The notes: generated from the letters alone by a model not told the origin. A DNA stretch of 64,000 bases from Candidatus Bathyarchaeia archaeon (GCA_050013255.1 JBEKFP010000002.1:192001-256000), one strand, 5' to 3'. Positions 49,674 through 58,592 are shown, counted from the stretch's first letter. Made by a program: numbers and translations.

Positions 49674-50365
49674 CAGAAGTGACACTTCAGACGTTGGCTC
49701 CAAAATGGCCGAGCCTAAAGTTGTCCGGGCGGTCGGTCTTTCTCATTTCAGGTGGCATTGATTCTCCCGTAGCAGCGTGGCTGCTGATTCGGAAGGGTGT
49801 TGAACCCGTCTTCGCCTATTTCGACAATTATCCGTTATGCGACCAGGCAGCTGAGGGCATAGCCTTAGAGACCATTCGTAAAGTCTGCGAGCGGACGAAG
49901 GTTCAAAATTCACACGTATTCATTGTATCACATTCACCGGACCTCCAGGAGATATTGTCAAAATGCCCTACCAAGTTTGCATGTATGCTTTCTCGGCGTG
50001 TGATGTTCAGGGTTGCCGAACGAATAGCTGAGCGTGAGAAATGTTCTGCGATCGTTACGGGTGACGCTGTTGGACAGAAGGCAAGCCAGACGCTTCAGAA
50101 TATTGTAGCGGCAGACTGCGTTCTCAGCAAGGTGCGTGTGCTCAGGCCCCTCGTGGGTATGAATAAGCAGCAAATTGTGACGTATGCTAAAGAGATTGGA
50201 ACCTACGAGATTTCGATACGCCCAGGGGTCGCCAGCTGTGGGGTTCCAACAAACAACCCCAGCACCTCTGCAAAGAAGAATCAACTCGCGGATGTCGAGG
50301 CGGCGTTGGACATGGAAGGGATGGTTAGCAGAGATGTTGAGAACGCCCGCGTCATTTCCATTTAG
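49670..50365 (+). CDS. ThiI-like PP-loop ATPase lacking THUMP domain
   Basis: SGGIDSPVA, TGDAVGQKASQTL, RPLVGMNK, IGTYEIS; only 231 aa. Confidence 0.8.
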   Translation: MTEVTLQTLAPKWPSLKLSGRSVFLISGGIDSPVAAWLLIRKGVEPVFAYFDNYPLCDQAAEGIALETIRKVCERTKVQNSHVFIVSHSPDLQEILSKCPTKFACMLSRRVMFRVAERIAEREKCSAIVTGDAVGQKASQTLQNIVAADCVLSKVRVLRPLVGMNKQQIVTYAKEIGTYEISIRPGVASCGVPTNNPSTSAKKNQLADVEAALDMEGMVSRDVENARVISI

Positions 50366-50368
50366 AGT

Positions 50369-50713
50369 TTAGTTGTGGAAATCTTTCATTACTAGGCTCA
50401 TAACATCTGTGGCGGCAGCATGCGCAACCTGCTCGGAGCTAGCTTTCCGAACTATCATCCGTCCATCCCTTCTAAGGGTGATTTCCGTTCCAGTCTTGTT
50501 CCTCAGGATAACGAAATGCGGTGTCCACATCATCAATTCGTGTTTGTGGATTGGCTGACCTTTCATGCCCTCAATATCGACCGCTAGAGGCTTCCTTGGA
50601 ATAGCTTCGACGGAAAGGTGATCCGAACACAACTTGAAAAAAAACGGCATCATTTCCCGCTGAGAATCAGTCACCCAGATCACCATGAGTTGAGAACTGT
50701 CATCGAATTGCAA
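50369..50713 (-). CDS. Hypothetical protein resembling the C-terminal domain of the neighbouring ThiF/MoeB
   Basis: FKLCSD...EITLRRDGRMIVRK versus WLCGSD...EISLFRKGRMLIKN. Confidence 0.55.
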   Translation of the reverse strand: MQFDDSSQLMVIWVTDSQREMMPFFFKLCSDHLSVEAIPRKPLAVDIEGMKGQPIHKHELMMWTPHFVILRNKTGTEITLRRDGRMIVRKASSEQVAHAAATDVMSLVMKDFHN

Positions 50714-50771
50714 CTACACGTGCAGGTTTATTAGAGCTATGTGCCCCAACGATTCGATTGCCGGGGAGAAT

Positions 50772-50921
50772 GCCGGGGTTGGTCTTTGGCTCTATAGCCT
50801 ATGGCCACCGAAGGCCGAACGGTCCAGGCGGCGGGCTGCAGTAGACTAAAGCTTGCCGCAACCCGCAGTATAGAAAGCGAAAAAATCGCTGAGGTGGGTT
50901 CAATTCCCATCCCCGGCTCCA
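50772..50921 (+). tRNA. tRNA-Cys(GCA) with three BHB introns at 8/9 (50780-50812), 37/38 (50842-50860), 48/49 (50872-50893); CCA encoded
   Basis: Spliced 76-nt cloverleaf GCCGGGG-TG-GCC-GAACGGTCCA-GGC-G-GCGGG-CT-GCA-GA-CCCGC-AGTAT-GTGGG-TTCAATT-CCCAT-CCCCGGC-T-CCA; U73 discriminator; TATA-like TTTATTA at 50727. Confidence 0.9.
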
Positions 50922-51205
50922 AAATCTTCTGCGATTTAGGTCATGAAGCCAAGATTGGAGTTCTGAGAGAAAACTATTCTCTATATTGCGAGCGATGACT
51001 CATAAGTCTTATCCAAATTAAGCATTCGAAAGGTTCTGACAACGAGATTTGGTGCGGCCGCCAAGATTCAGCATTTGAAAGACTAAATCTCCTCAGCCTT
51101 CGACCTTACTTCTTCAGAACCCTAGAACCCTATCGCGCCTAATTAGCGAAAACAATAAACAGGCAGGTGGCGGGTTGAGTTTGGATTGAGGTTTGGTTTC
51201 ACTCA

Positions 51206-51400
51206 ATGAGCCACTATTGTCAGCTGTGTCAACCAACTAAGATATTTCGATCAAACGACCAACTGCATGAACATCATTGGACGGCTCATCGAGAATCGTG
51301 CTGTGATGTTTGTCATCATTTGCGTCGATTTCACTCAGGATTTCATGGCTGTGCAGTCTGCGGTTGCCGATACACGAAGAAGCATCCGGAACTAAACTAG
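51206..51400 (+). CDS. Small Cys/His-rich zinc-finger protein
   Basis: CQLC...HHWTAH, CDVC...H...H..CAVCGC. Confidence 0.55.
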   Translation: MSHYCQLCQPTKIFRSNDQLHEHHWTAHRESCCDVCHHLRRFHSGFHGCAVCGCRYTKKHPELN

Positions 51401-51582
51401 CCTAGCGTGAGATCAACGACTTAATTCGTGCCAACGTTCTCTCCCGGCGCCATTTCCGCACTCTTTGTTCAGTGCTCGCCCGAAGATCCAAACGCGCACT
51501 CGTGTTCCATCTCAAGCTCCTGAAGCAATGGAAACGGTCTAGTATCCGGCTTGTTATTGTGGATGAAAGTGGCAGGGGCAGC

Positions 51583-52176
51583 TTGAGAAGACTATTCATG
51601 TTCATGACGATAAGCGTCGACGGGTTCTTTGAGGGGCGGAATCACGACATATCTTGGCACAATGTCGATGAAGAGTTTAACAAGTTTGCCATAGAACAGT
51701 TGCGCGAAACTGATGCCATTCTATTCGGGCGACGAACCTACGAGCTCTTCGAGGATACTTGGCCAAAAGCAGCCGACGACCCGAGAATGTCGAAGGATAA
51801 TCTCGAAATCGCCCGCCTGATCAATAACATGAACAAAATCGTCTTCTCGAAGACACTGAAAAAGGTCGAGGAAAAAGAGAGTTGGAGAAATGTCAAACTC
51901 ATTCGTGAAGTGAATCCGGAGGAAATCAAACGCTGGAAACAGGAACCGGGCAAAGACTTGGGTATTGGGGGCAACAACTTGGCTGTAAGTTTCGCTCAGG
52001 TAGGCTTGATCGACGAAATTCGAATTATGGTTGACCCGGTTGTCCTAGGGAAAGGCACTCCCCTCTTCGAAGGCATCAAGGACAAGCTGAATCTGAGACT
52101 TCTGAAAACTCGGACGTTCAAGTCAGGAAACGTCCTGCTTTACTACCAGCCCGTGAAGTACGGGAAGGAATCATAA
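51583..52176 (+). CDS. Dihydrofolate reductase/RibD C-terminal family protein
   Basis: MTISVDGFF, LFGRRTYE, KIVFSKTL, GLIDEIRI...PVVLGKG; likely TTG start at 51583. Confidence 0.9.
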   Translation: MRRLFMFMTISVDGFFEGRNHDISWHNVDEEFNKFAIEQLRETDAILFGRRTYELFEDTWPKAADDPRMSKDNLEIARLINNMNKIVFSKTLKKVEEKESWRNVKLIREVNPEEIKRWKQEPGKDLGIGGNNLAVSFAQVGLIDEIRIMVDPVVLGKGTPLFEGIKDKLNLRLLKTRTFKSGNVLLYYQPVKYGKES

Positions 52177-52461
52177 TGATCTTGAGACGGGAAAAATTGT
52201 GCGGTCACGGGACCGACGAGCACCATCTTTCTTGAGTAAAATGGGAGTCGAACTTTATTTTCTCTTCCCATCCCCGGCTCCAAAATTTCCTTTCGGTTCC
52301 CGTTTAAATACGAACCTCAATTAGAATTGACCGAACAAACTTGCAGTTAGACGTTTGGTGAAGAAGAGGCAGGAGATAGATGTGCAAATCGCGGAGACTG
52401 TCAAATCATTGGAGAAGCAGCGAATGATGACTGAGCTTCTCAAGAAGCTAAAGGCCAGTGT

Positions 52462-52953
52462 TTGAACGTGGCCGCAACGGCGCCGCCGGTCAAGCGATAT
52501 CGGCGTTGGTCGATTAGAGTTCCAAGAATGCTTCTCTTCCACGTGAAGAGCGTCGCCCAGAAGGAGAGATGGGCGTTCAGCGATCTCATGCGGATGCTGA
52601 TAGTTCTAGGTGCAACTGTGAGTTGGCTGAGATTACGGAAGCAAGAGAACCTGGACAGGCTAGGGAAAATAGCTCACGCGAGCCGCGTGGCGGACATGTT
52701 GAATGAGGCTGTTTCACATAAGCGCCGAACGAGAATCTACCCTGTCGTGAGAGATGACGCGGGTCGAGCCACCGACGTGGTCACGTTGATCCTTCCGGCC
52801 GGCTACGCTAGACTAATCGAAGCCTATGCGGCCACAAATCGGATATCGAAGAGTGACGCCTGCGAAAGGCTACTGACCTTTGGGCTGATCGCGTATTCGA
52901 CGGCAGAGAACGCCCTGCTCCAAGCCATTCAACGAGTACGCAGACAAAGCTGA
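52462..52953 (+). CDS. Tandem ribbon-helix-helix protein
   Basis: WSIRVP...SDLMRMLI and VTLILP...ISKSDACERLL. Confidence 0.6.
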   Translation: MNVAATAPPVKRYRRWSIRVPRMLLFHVKSVAQKERWAFSDLMRMLIVLGATVSWLRLRKQENLDRLGKIAHASRVADMLNEAVSHKRRTRIYPVVRDDAGRATDVVTLILPAGYARLIEAYAATNRISKSDACERLLTFGLIAYSTAENALLQAIQRVRRQS

Positions 52954-52977
52954 AACCCAGGTAGCACCACAAACTCC

Positions 52978-53001
52978 AATGTAGTACTAGGGTACTACAT
53001 T
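52978..53001. promoter_or_regulatory. Perfect 10-bp inverted repeat (operator or terminator-like)
   Basis: AATGTAGTAC-TAGG-GTACTACATT. Confidence 0.55.
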
Positions 53002-53342
53002 CGCATTAGCTGGTCTCTTTCAGTTTCCAGCGTTCCATTGATCGCGAATCCATTGTTGTCCTCTGGGCGTTCTGCTTCGTCGTGCCAGGAATAGCGACAA
53101 CAATGTCCTCTCATGCGCCGGCGGTACCGAGCTCGCGGCAATTTGCATGCTGATTTGCAGGAATGAGCATGCAATTCCAGTCTCGCATCCGGGTGTTCTT
53201 TGCAGTTTTCTTCGTCTCACAGTCCCGTGTTTCTGCTGGGGAACTTCGACCCTGTAGATGGTCGCCGGCGACCAGCTACGTGGTCAGGAAGGGTAACTGC
53301 TGGATTTAGAATTATTTTCCTGTTGCCGCAAGGGTTTTACGC

Positions 53343-53660
53343 ATGGGTGGGAATGGGAACCTTATGAAAGTTGACGAATCTCAACTGGCTTCGCTGAAGA
53401 TTGAAGACAAGTCGAAGTATGAAGATGCAATCACCTACATGTATGCCGGAACGGACCCGGCCGCAGTACATAAGCCCATAACGATATACAAAGAGAAGAA
53501 TGCCAATGCATACCTAGTCGCAGGTCGTTACGCGAGCGCAACCGAGACCGAGCTAAAGTACAAGCCCCTAAACGAAGAAGAACAGAAGATAGTCGTTGGG
53601 AAGCTCGGTTCTGGCAAGGTCATCAAGTTCCTATCGAAAGAAACCGTTCTACTGCCGTAA
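53343..53660 (+). CDS. Hypothetical protein
   Basis: 105-aa ORF with protein-like composition. Confidence 0.6.
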   Translation: MGGNGNLMKVDESQLASLKIEDKSKYEDAITYMYAGTDPAAVHKPITIYKEKNANAYLVAGRYASATETELKYKPLNEEEQKIVVGKLGSGKVIKFLSKETVLLP

Positions 53661-53711
53661 CCCCGGATTTGACCGGTAAAAACAGTTTCTCTTCAGAAAT
53701 GATGTATTGAG

Positions 53712-54593
53712 TTGAATTTTCGTACCTTCGTTGAAACCGTAGTCGCCTTGGCAGTCTTCGCTTCTGCATATGCCTTGATACGAATCGCCCTGACAGAATT
53801 ACCACCGGTAACCCTGGCAGCCCTTCGATTCATTTTGGCATCATCCCTGATCGTGCCCTTAACTGTGTTTCATTATCGCGGGGGCGCTTCGGGCATCAGT
53901 AGAAGAGACTTGCCAATCTTGTTTGGCCTAGCGATTGCTCAAATATTCATGCCCAATCTTCTCCAGAACATTGGGCTTGAGTACACCACCGCCTCGGTAA
54001 GCAGCGTCCTTCAGTCAACAACGCCCGTTTTCACTTTGCTGCTTTCCTTCATCTTGCTTAAGGAGAATGTTGGGCTGAGGGAATTGGCAGGTGTAACGGT
54101 TGCAATGCTCGGTGTAATCCTCCTGTCAACAGGAGGGAACGTCACGAATCTTGCTGGATCGGTGTTTCTCGGTAACTTACTCCAAGTCGGAGTCGCAGCT
54201 TCCTACGCCGTATCTGGAATCGTTGGGAAGCACTTGTTGAAGAAATATCAACCGATGTTCATAGTAACACTGACGTTTGTATTCGGCGGTGCATTGCTAA
54301 CACTTTTCGCGGTAGTCTTCGAGAGGAATTTGTGGCCGGCGGCGCTCTCGAATGAGGTCATAATGGCGCTGTTGCTGCTCTCTTTCATGTACTGCGTTGG
54401 TCTTGTGTGCTGGTATGATGTGCTTCAACGTACTGGCGTATTCCGTCTCTATGTTCTTCTTTTCACTATGCCTGTTCTAGCCGTTCTAATTTCAGTCATC
54501 GTCTTGAGGGAAAGTTTCACAGCGCTCGACATCGTTTTCTCCGGGCTAACGCTTCTGGGAGTGGGTATAACACAATTCGGCAAGCCCCATTGA
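53712..54593 (+). CDS. DMT/EamA family transporter
   Basis: About 10 TM; PPVTLAALRF, GLEYTTAS, LLKE. Confidence 0.9.
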   Translation: MNFRTFVETVVALAVFASAYALIRIALTELPPVTLAALRFILASSLIVPLTVFHYRGGASGISRRDLPILFGLAIAQIFMPNLLQNIGLEYTTASVSSVLQSTTPVFTLLLSFILLKENVGLRELAGVTVAMLGVILLSTGGNVTNLAGSVFLGNLLQVGVAASYAVSGIVGKHLLKKYQPMFIVTLTFVFGGALLTLFAVVFERNLWPAALSNEVIMALLLLSFMYCVGLVCWYDVLQRTGVFRLYVLLFTMPVLAVLISVIVLRESFTALDIVFSGLTLLGVGITQFGKPH

Positions 54594-54695
54594 CAAGTCT
54601 CCCTCTACCCAGCCCAACATCTAGTATCGCATTAACTGAATTCTAAACGAGTAGAGCTGGCCGGTTGAGGGAACCTGGGGAACGTTTCCTTCAGG

Positions 54696-54995
54696 TTAGC
54701 TGCGGCCGGTGGAGTACGTTACTGCTGTGACTGTGACACCCACTAGGAATAGGATAATTCCTACCAAAACCCAGGCCAACCAGGCAGGCATCAAGATCGC
54801 GAGCCACCTAACGGCCCCAACAGCCAGAAAAGCGATTCCGAGAACGGAGATAACAAGTCCTGCGAGAATAAGGCCGACAGCTCGAGCTACCCGTTTTGCC
54901 AATCTTTCCGCTGGCTTTGCGATACCGCCTAAGACTTCGCGCAGAACTAATCGCGCGAGCTTCTCAAACAAGTTGGAGGTTTCTTTTTCTGGCAA
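54696..54995 (-). CDS. YqjE/phage-holin-3_6-like membrane protein
   Basis: Two TM, PAWLAWVLVG; follows two DUF883-like genes. Confidence 0.55.
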   Translation of the reverse strand: MPEKETSNLFEKLARLVLREVLGGIAKPAERLAKRVARAVGLILAGLVISVLGIAFLAVGAVRWLAILMPAWLAWVLVGIILFLVGVTVTAVTYSTGRS

Positions 54996-55005
54996 TTTTG
55001 CTCCC

Positions 55006-55224
55006 CTACTCGCTGGACCTGGACAACGCTACTCCTAGCGCCATCCCTGCTACGAAAGCGACACCGAGGGCTAGGATAGGTTGGTCTGTTACTTTCTGTG
55101 CTGCTCGCTCTTGAAGGGCATCAATCTGCACCTTGAGTTCGCTAAGACGCTTGTCCATGTCCTTCTTAAGGTCGTTGACGTGTACCTCGACCTTCTCGGC
55201 TTCACGGCCTTCTTTTTTCGACAA
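55006..55224 (-). CDS. ElaB/YqjD (DUF883)-like tail-anchored protein
   Basis: Charged helix then VTDQPILALGVAFVAGMALG. Confidence 0.7.
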   Translation of the reverse strand: MSKKEGREAEKVEVHVNDLKKDMDKRLSELKVQIDALQERAAQKVTDQPILALGVAFVAGMALGVALSRSSE

Positions 55225-55251
55225 ACGATTACCACCTGAATAAGTGCCAGG

Positions 55252-55452
55252 TCAATGAGATCCTCTGTTCCTATTGCATAAGGAAACGCCGACAAGCAAA
55301 CCGAACGCGAAAGCCAATCCGGTCACAAGCAATGGGCTATCTTGCGCCGCTTTCCGGAATTCCCGCAATAAGTCCTTCGGGGCCTGCATGTCTAAAATGT
55401 TTTCAACTTCCTCGTCGGAATAGTCATCCTTTTTTTGTGTCGTCTTCGACAT
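55252..55452 (-). CDS. Second ElaB/YqjD-like tail-anchored protein
   Basis: AQDSPLLVTGLAFAFGLLVG. Confidence 0.6.
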   Translation of the reverse strand: MSKTTQKKDDYSDEEVENILDMQAPKDLLREFRKAAQDSPLLVTGLAFAFGLLVGVSLCNRNRGSH

Positions 55453-55571
55453 GTGTCTCTATTCTGCTAAAGATTGTCCCAGCAAATATGTATTTGCGTT
55501 CTGTGTCATACCTGCCATCAGCCTCGAAATGGCGGAGAGCTATAAGGTGGGAGCCTTGAAGAACAGGTGCA

Positions 55572-56075
55572 TTGGGATGGGCAATGTCAGGCGAGAAGAA
55601 ACAGACTAGCTATATCCTATCTAGACTCAGGGAGGCTAGAAGACTCCCTTCCTCTGACCTTACGTCGAGCGTGGAGGATTATCTTGAAGTCATCTACGAG
55701 TTGATGAAAGAGAGAGGTTACGCAAGGTCAGTTGACATTTCTGAATACTTAGGGGTCAAGTCTCCAAGCGTTACGAGCATGCTGCAAAGGCTGCATGGCA
55801 TGGGGCTCGTCGTCTATGAGCGCTATCGGGGAATTACACTAACTGAAAGAGGTAAACGTTTGGCACACTCCGTGGAACAACGCCACCTTGTCATAACTCG
55901 GTTCCTTCGCATTCTGGGCGTGAGCGAGAGCATTGCGAACTCAGATGCCGAGGGCATTGAGCACCACGTCCACGAGGCAACGATCGAGCGAATCAGTAAG
56001 TTTGTCGACTTTGTCGAGAAGAACAAAGCTTGGTTTGACGCCTTTGACCGTCCCGCAAAGAGGGGTGCACCTTAG
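55572..56075 (+). CDS. mntR: DtxR/MntR family metal-dependent repressor
   Basis: EDYLEVIY, SPSVTSML, RH, DAEGIEHH. Confidence 0.9.
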   Translation: MGWAMSGEKKQTSYILSRLREARRLPSSDLTSSVEDYLEVIYELMKERGYARSVDISEYLGVKSPSVTSMLQRLHGMGLVVYERYRGITLTERGKRLAHSVEQRHLVITRFLRILGVSESIANSDAEGIEHHVHEATIERISKFVDFVEKNKAWFDAFDRPAKRGAP

Positions 56076-56090
56076 GGTTAAGCGTCACAA

Positions 56091-56115
56091 CTCGGCTTGC
56101 CTAACTTTATTATAT
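56091..56115 (+). promoter_or_regulatory. Possible DtxR/MntR-type operator and TATA box of mntH
   Basis: Imperfect palindrome CTCGGC-TT-GCCTAA directly before TTTATTATAT. Confidence 0.35.
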
Positions 56116-56186
56116 CCACCTAACTCTGCATAGAGACCATTCTCCAAATGGAAAGTTGACCCACGACAGAAAATGGGGCACAGATA

Positions 56187-57479
56187 TTGGGCATCTCCAA
56201 GAAAGACACGTTGGGACCGCTGTCTAAATCGCAGCCAATGGTGCCTCCAGGTTTCTTGCGTGACTTGTGGAATTATTTCGGGCCCGCGTTGATCGTAAGC
56301 GTTGCGTACATGGATCCGGGCAATTATGGGACTGATATCAGCGGGGGTGCTTCCTACGGTTACAGCATGCTCTGGATTGTTTGGCTTGCTGGAATAATGG
56401 CGATGCTTTTGCAGTATCTCTCGGGAAAGCTTGGCATAGCTACCGGTCATTCTCTCGCGGAACTCATGCGCACCTATCTCAAGAAGCGTACCTACATCGT
56501 GCTATGTTGGTTGGCTGCGGAAACAGCGGCCGTTATGACGGACCTCGCAGAATTCCTTGGGACTGTCATTGCACTGAAATTACTTTTCGGGTTACCGCTT
56601 CTCTATGGAACCTTTCTCTCTGTTTTCGATGTCATTCTCATTATGGGAGTAACGGGCGGCAGGGTCCGCAGGACGGAGTATATCTTCATGGCCCTAGTAT
56701 CCACGATTGGCATTGGGTATGTGTTCGAGATTTTCATTACGGGGCCTAGTTTGGCCCCCTTGCTGTTAGGGTCGGTAATTCCGAACCTAGCTTCGACGGA
56801 TCGGGTTCTCATCGCGGTGGGTGTGATCGGTGCCACGGTCATGCCACATGCCGTTTTCGTTCATTCTGCTCTTGCGAACGATAAGATAACCGACCCGAGC
56901 ATTGAAACTAAAAATCGAGTGATGCGCCTCCATAAAGTTGAGAGCATCATCATGTTCACTTTCGCGGGCCTCGTGAATGCTGCCATCATGGTAATGGCTG
57001 CTGCAGCGTTTGGTTCACGTGGATTAGCTGTGGCCACGATTCAAGACGCATACTTGACCCTTGTCCCACTCTTTGGGCCCGCGGCCGCCATAGTGTTTGG
57101 AATCACGCTCCTCGCGTCGGGGCTTTCATCCTCAACAACGGGGACCATTGCTGGTCAAGCTATGATGGAAGGAATGCTCGGGCGAAAGATGAACCTCTGG
57201 GTTCGTAGAATTGTAACGAGGCTGATTAACACTGTCCCAACCACAATCGCCATCCTCCTAGGAATTGAACCGCTTTTGATTCTGGTCTACAGCCAAGTTG
57301 CCTTGAGCTTACTGCTTCCCCTCCCTCTTCTCCCTTTGTGGAAGTTCACGAGAGACAAGAACTTGATGGGTCCATTTGTCAACAAACGATCAACCAGTAT
57401 TCTCGCTGCAGTTTTCATTGTGATCATAATCGTGTTCAATGCCCTCTTGCTCTATCTCAGCTTCGGTGGAAGCATCTAG
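56187..57479 (+). CDS. mntH: Nramp Mn2+/Fe2+ transporter
   Basis: AYMDPGN, GATVMPH, SSTTGTIAGQ. Confidence 0.95.
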   Translation: MGISKKDTLGPLSKSQPMVPPGFLRDLWNYFGPALIVSVAYMDPGNYGTDISGGASYGYSMLWIVWLAGIMAMLLQYLSGKLGIATGHSLAELMRTYLKKRTYIVLCWLAAETAAVMTDLAEFLGTVIALKLLFGLPLLYGTFLSVFDVILIMGVTGGRVRRTEYIFMALVSTIGIGYVFEIFITGPSLAPLLLGSVIPNLASTDRVLIAVGVIGATVMPHAVFVHSALANDKITDPSIETKNRVMRLHKVESIIMFTFAGLVNAAIMVMAAAAFGSRGLAVATIQDAYLTLVPLFGPAAAIVFGITLLASGLSSSTTGTIAGQAMMEGMLGRKMNLWVRRIVTRLINTVPTTIAILLGIEPLLILVYSQVALSLLLPLPLLPLWKFTRDKNLMGPFVNKRSTSILAAVFIVIIIVFNALLLYLSFGGSI

Positions 57480-57500
57480 CGCAGATGCTGGTCTGAGTCT

Positions 57501-58526
57501 TCATAGGTTTCTTCGTGCACGTTCAGCTATGGCGTCGGCCATCTCTGAAAGGCGTGCGGTGCCACCCAGGTCATAAGTTACTTTCTTCCCTTCCGCGATG
57601 ACCTCCCGTGTTGCCTTGAAAATGGCTTCAGATTTCTTCTTCTCCCCTAGGTATTCAAGCATCCAGGCACCAGCGAGAACCGTTGCTGTGGGATTGACCT
57701 TATCCTGGCCCTTGTAAGCCGGGGCACTACCATGGGCCGGTTCGAACATTGCATAATTATCCCCGAAGTTAGCTGAATATATGCATCCGATACTCGCGAC
57801 CAACGCCGAGATCTCTTCGGAGATTATGTCCATAAAGAGGTTGGTTCCAAATATGATACTCTGGTTAAATCGTTGGGGATTCTTGATAAGTTGCTGTGCA
57901 AAATTGTCTATGAAATATTCCTCCATACTGATATCGGAATAATTCTTGTGGGCGGTTCTGGCCGCGTCCATGAAAAGGCCGTCTGTCTCTTTCAATATGT
58001 TCTGCTTCGTAATCGCGTAGGTTCTCTTCCACCCGCGCCGCTTCGCCTCTTCAAAGGCCCTCTTAGCGACCTTCTCGCTCGGCTCACGTGTAATCTTCCG
58101 AAAGGCTATTGCCACATCGTTCGATAGGCGATGCTCAAGTCCAGAATAGAGACCCTCGGTCGCCTCACGCACGCAAACTAGCTCTACATCCCCAAGCGGC
58201 CTCTTGGTTCCCTCGAATGTTTTCACAGGACGAATATTCGCGTAGAGACCCTTCCGCTGGCGAATACTGACCGCAACACTCCGCGGCGTGTTAGGCCCAG
58301 CAGGCGTTGTAGTTGGGCCTTTCAAGCATGCGTCCGCAGCCTCGATTATCTTCCAACTTTCATCGGGTACCAGCGTTGCTCCACCGTGGGTCTGCCACCA
58401 TTCAAACCCAGCATCGCACGAAAGGAATTCTATGTTTGTGCCGACGGCTTTCAGGACCTTCAAGGTCGCATCGGTGAGTTCGGGGCCCGTTCCATCGCCT
58501 TTGATCAAAGCAACGCTCTTCGTCAA
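57501..58526 (-). CDS. Isocitrate/isopropylmalate dehydrogenase family protein
   Basis: GDGTGPE, LYANIRP, REATEGLY, NLFMDIIS, FEPAHGSAP, TYDLGG. Confidence 0.92.
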   Translation of the reverse strand: MTKSVALIKGDGTGPELTDATLKVLKAVGTNIEFLSCDAGFEWWQTHGGATLVPDESWKIIEAADACLKGPTTTPAGPNTPRSVAVSIRQRKGLYANIRPVKTFEGTKRPLGDVELVCVREATEGLYSGLEHRLSNDVAIAFRKITREPSEKVAKRAFEEAKRRGWKRTYAITKQNILKETDGLFMDAARTAHKNYSDISMEEYFIDNFAQQLIKNPQRFNQSIIFGTNLFMDIISEEISALVASIGCIYSANFGDNYAMFEPAHGSAPAYKGQDKVNPTATVLAGAWMLEYLGEKKKSEAIFKATREVIAEGKKVTYDLGGTARLSEMADAIAERARRNL

Positions 58527-58592
58527 AACTCATCCGAGCGCAACGAGTGGCCTTGATAGTTAAGTTTTGTTTTGCAAACCGTGAAATTGTGA

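Larger units (their letters stand above)
50904..52286. mobile_element. Mini-island integrated at the tRNA-Cys 3' end, bounded by a 22-bp att repeat; no integrase
   Basis: TTCCCATCCCCGGCTCCAAAAT at 50904-50925 and 52265-52286. Confidence 0.8.

Noticed and set aside
50760-50778. A fourth 12-nt intron in the tRNA-Cys acceptor stem
   Set aside because: No register of the GCCGGGG duplication gives an acceptable 4-bp BHB helix
50737-50998. Track ORFs 50737-50922 (-) and 50801-50998 (+)
   Set aside because: Shadows of the tRNA-Cys gene (MEPGMGIEP is the antisense T-arm)
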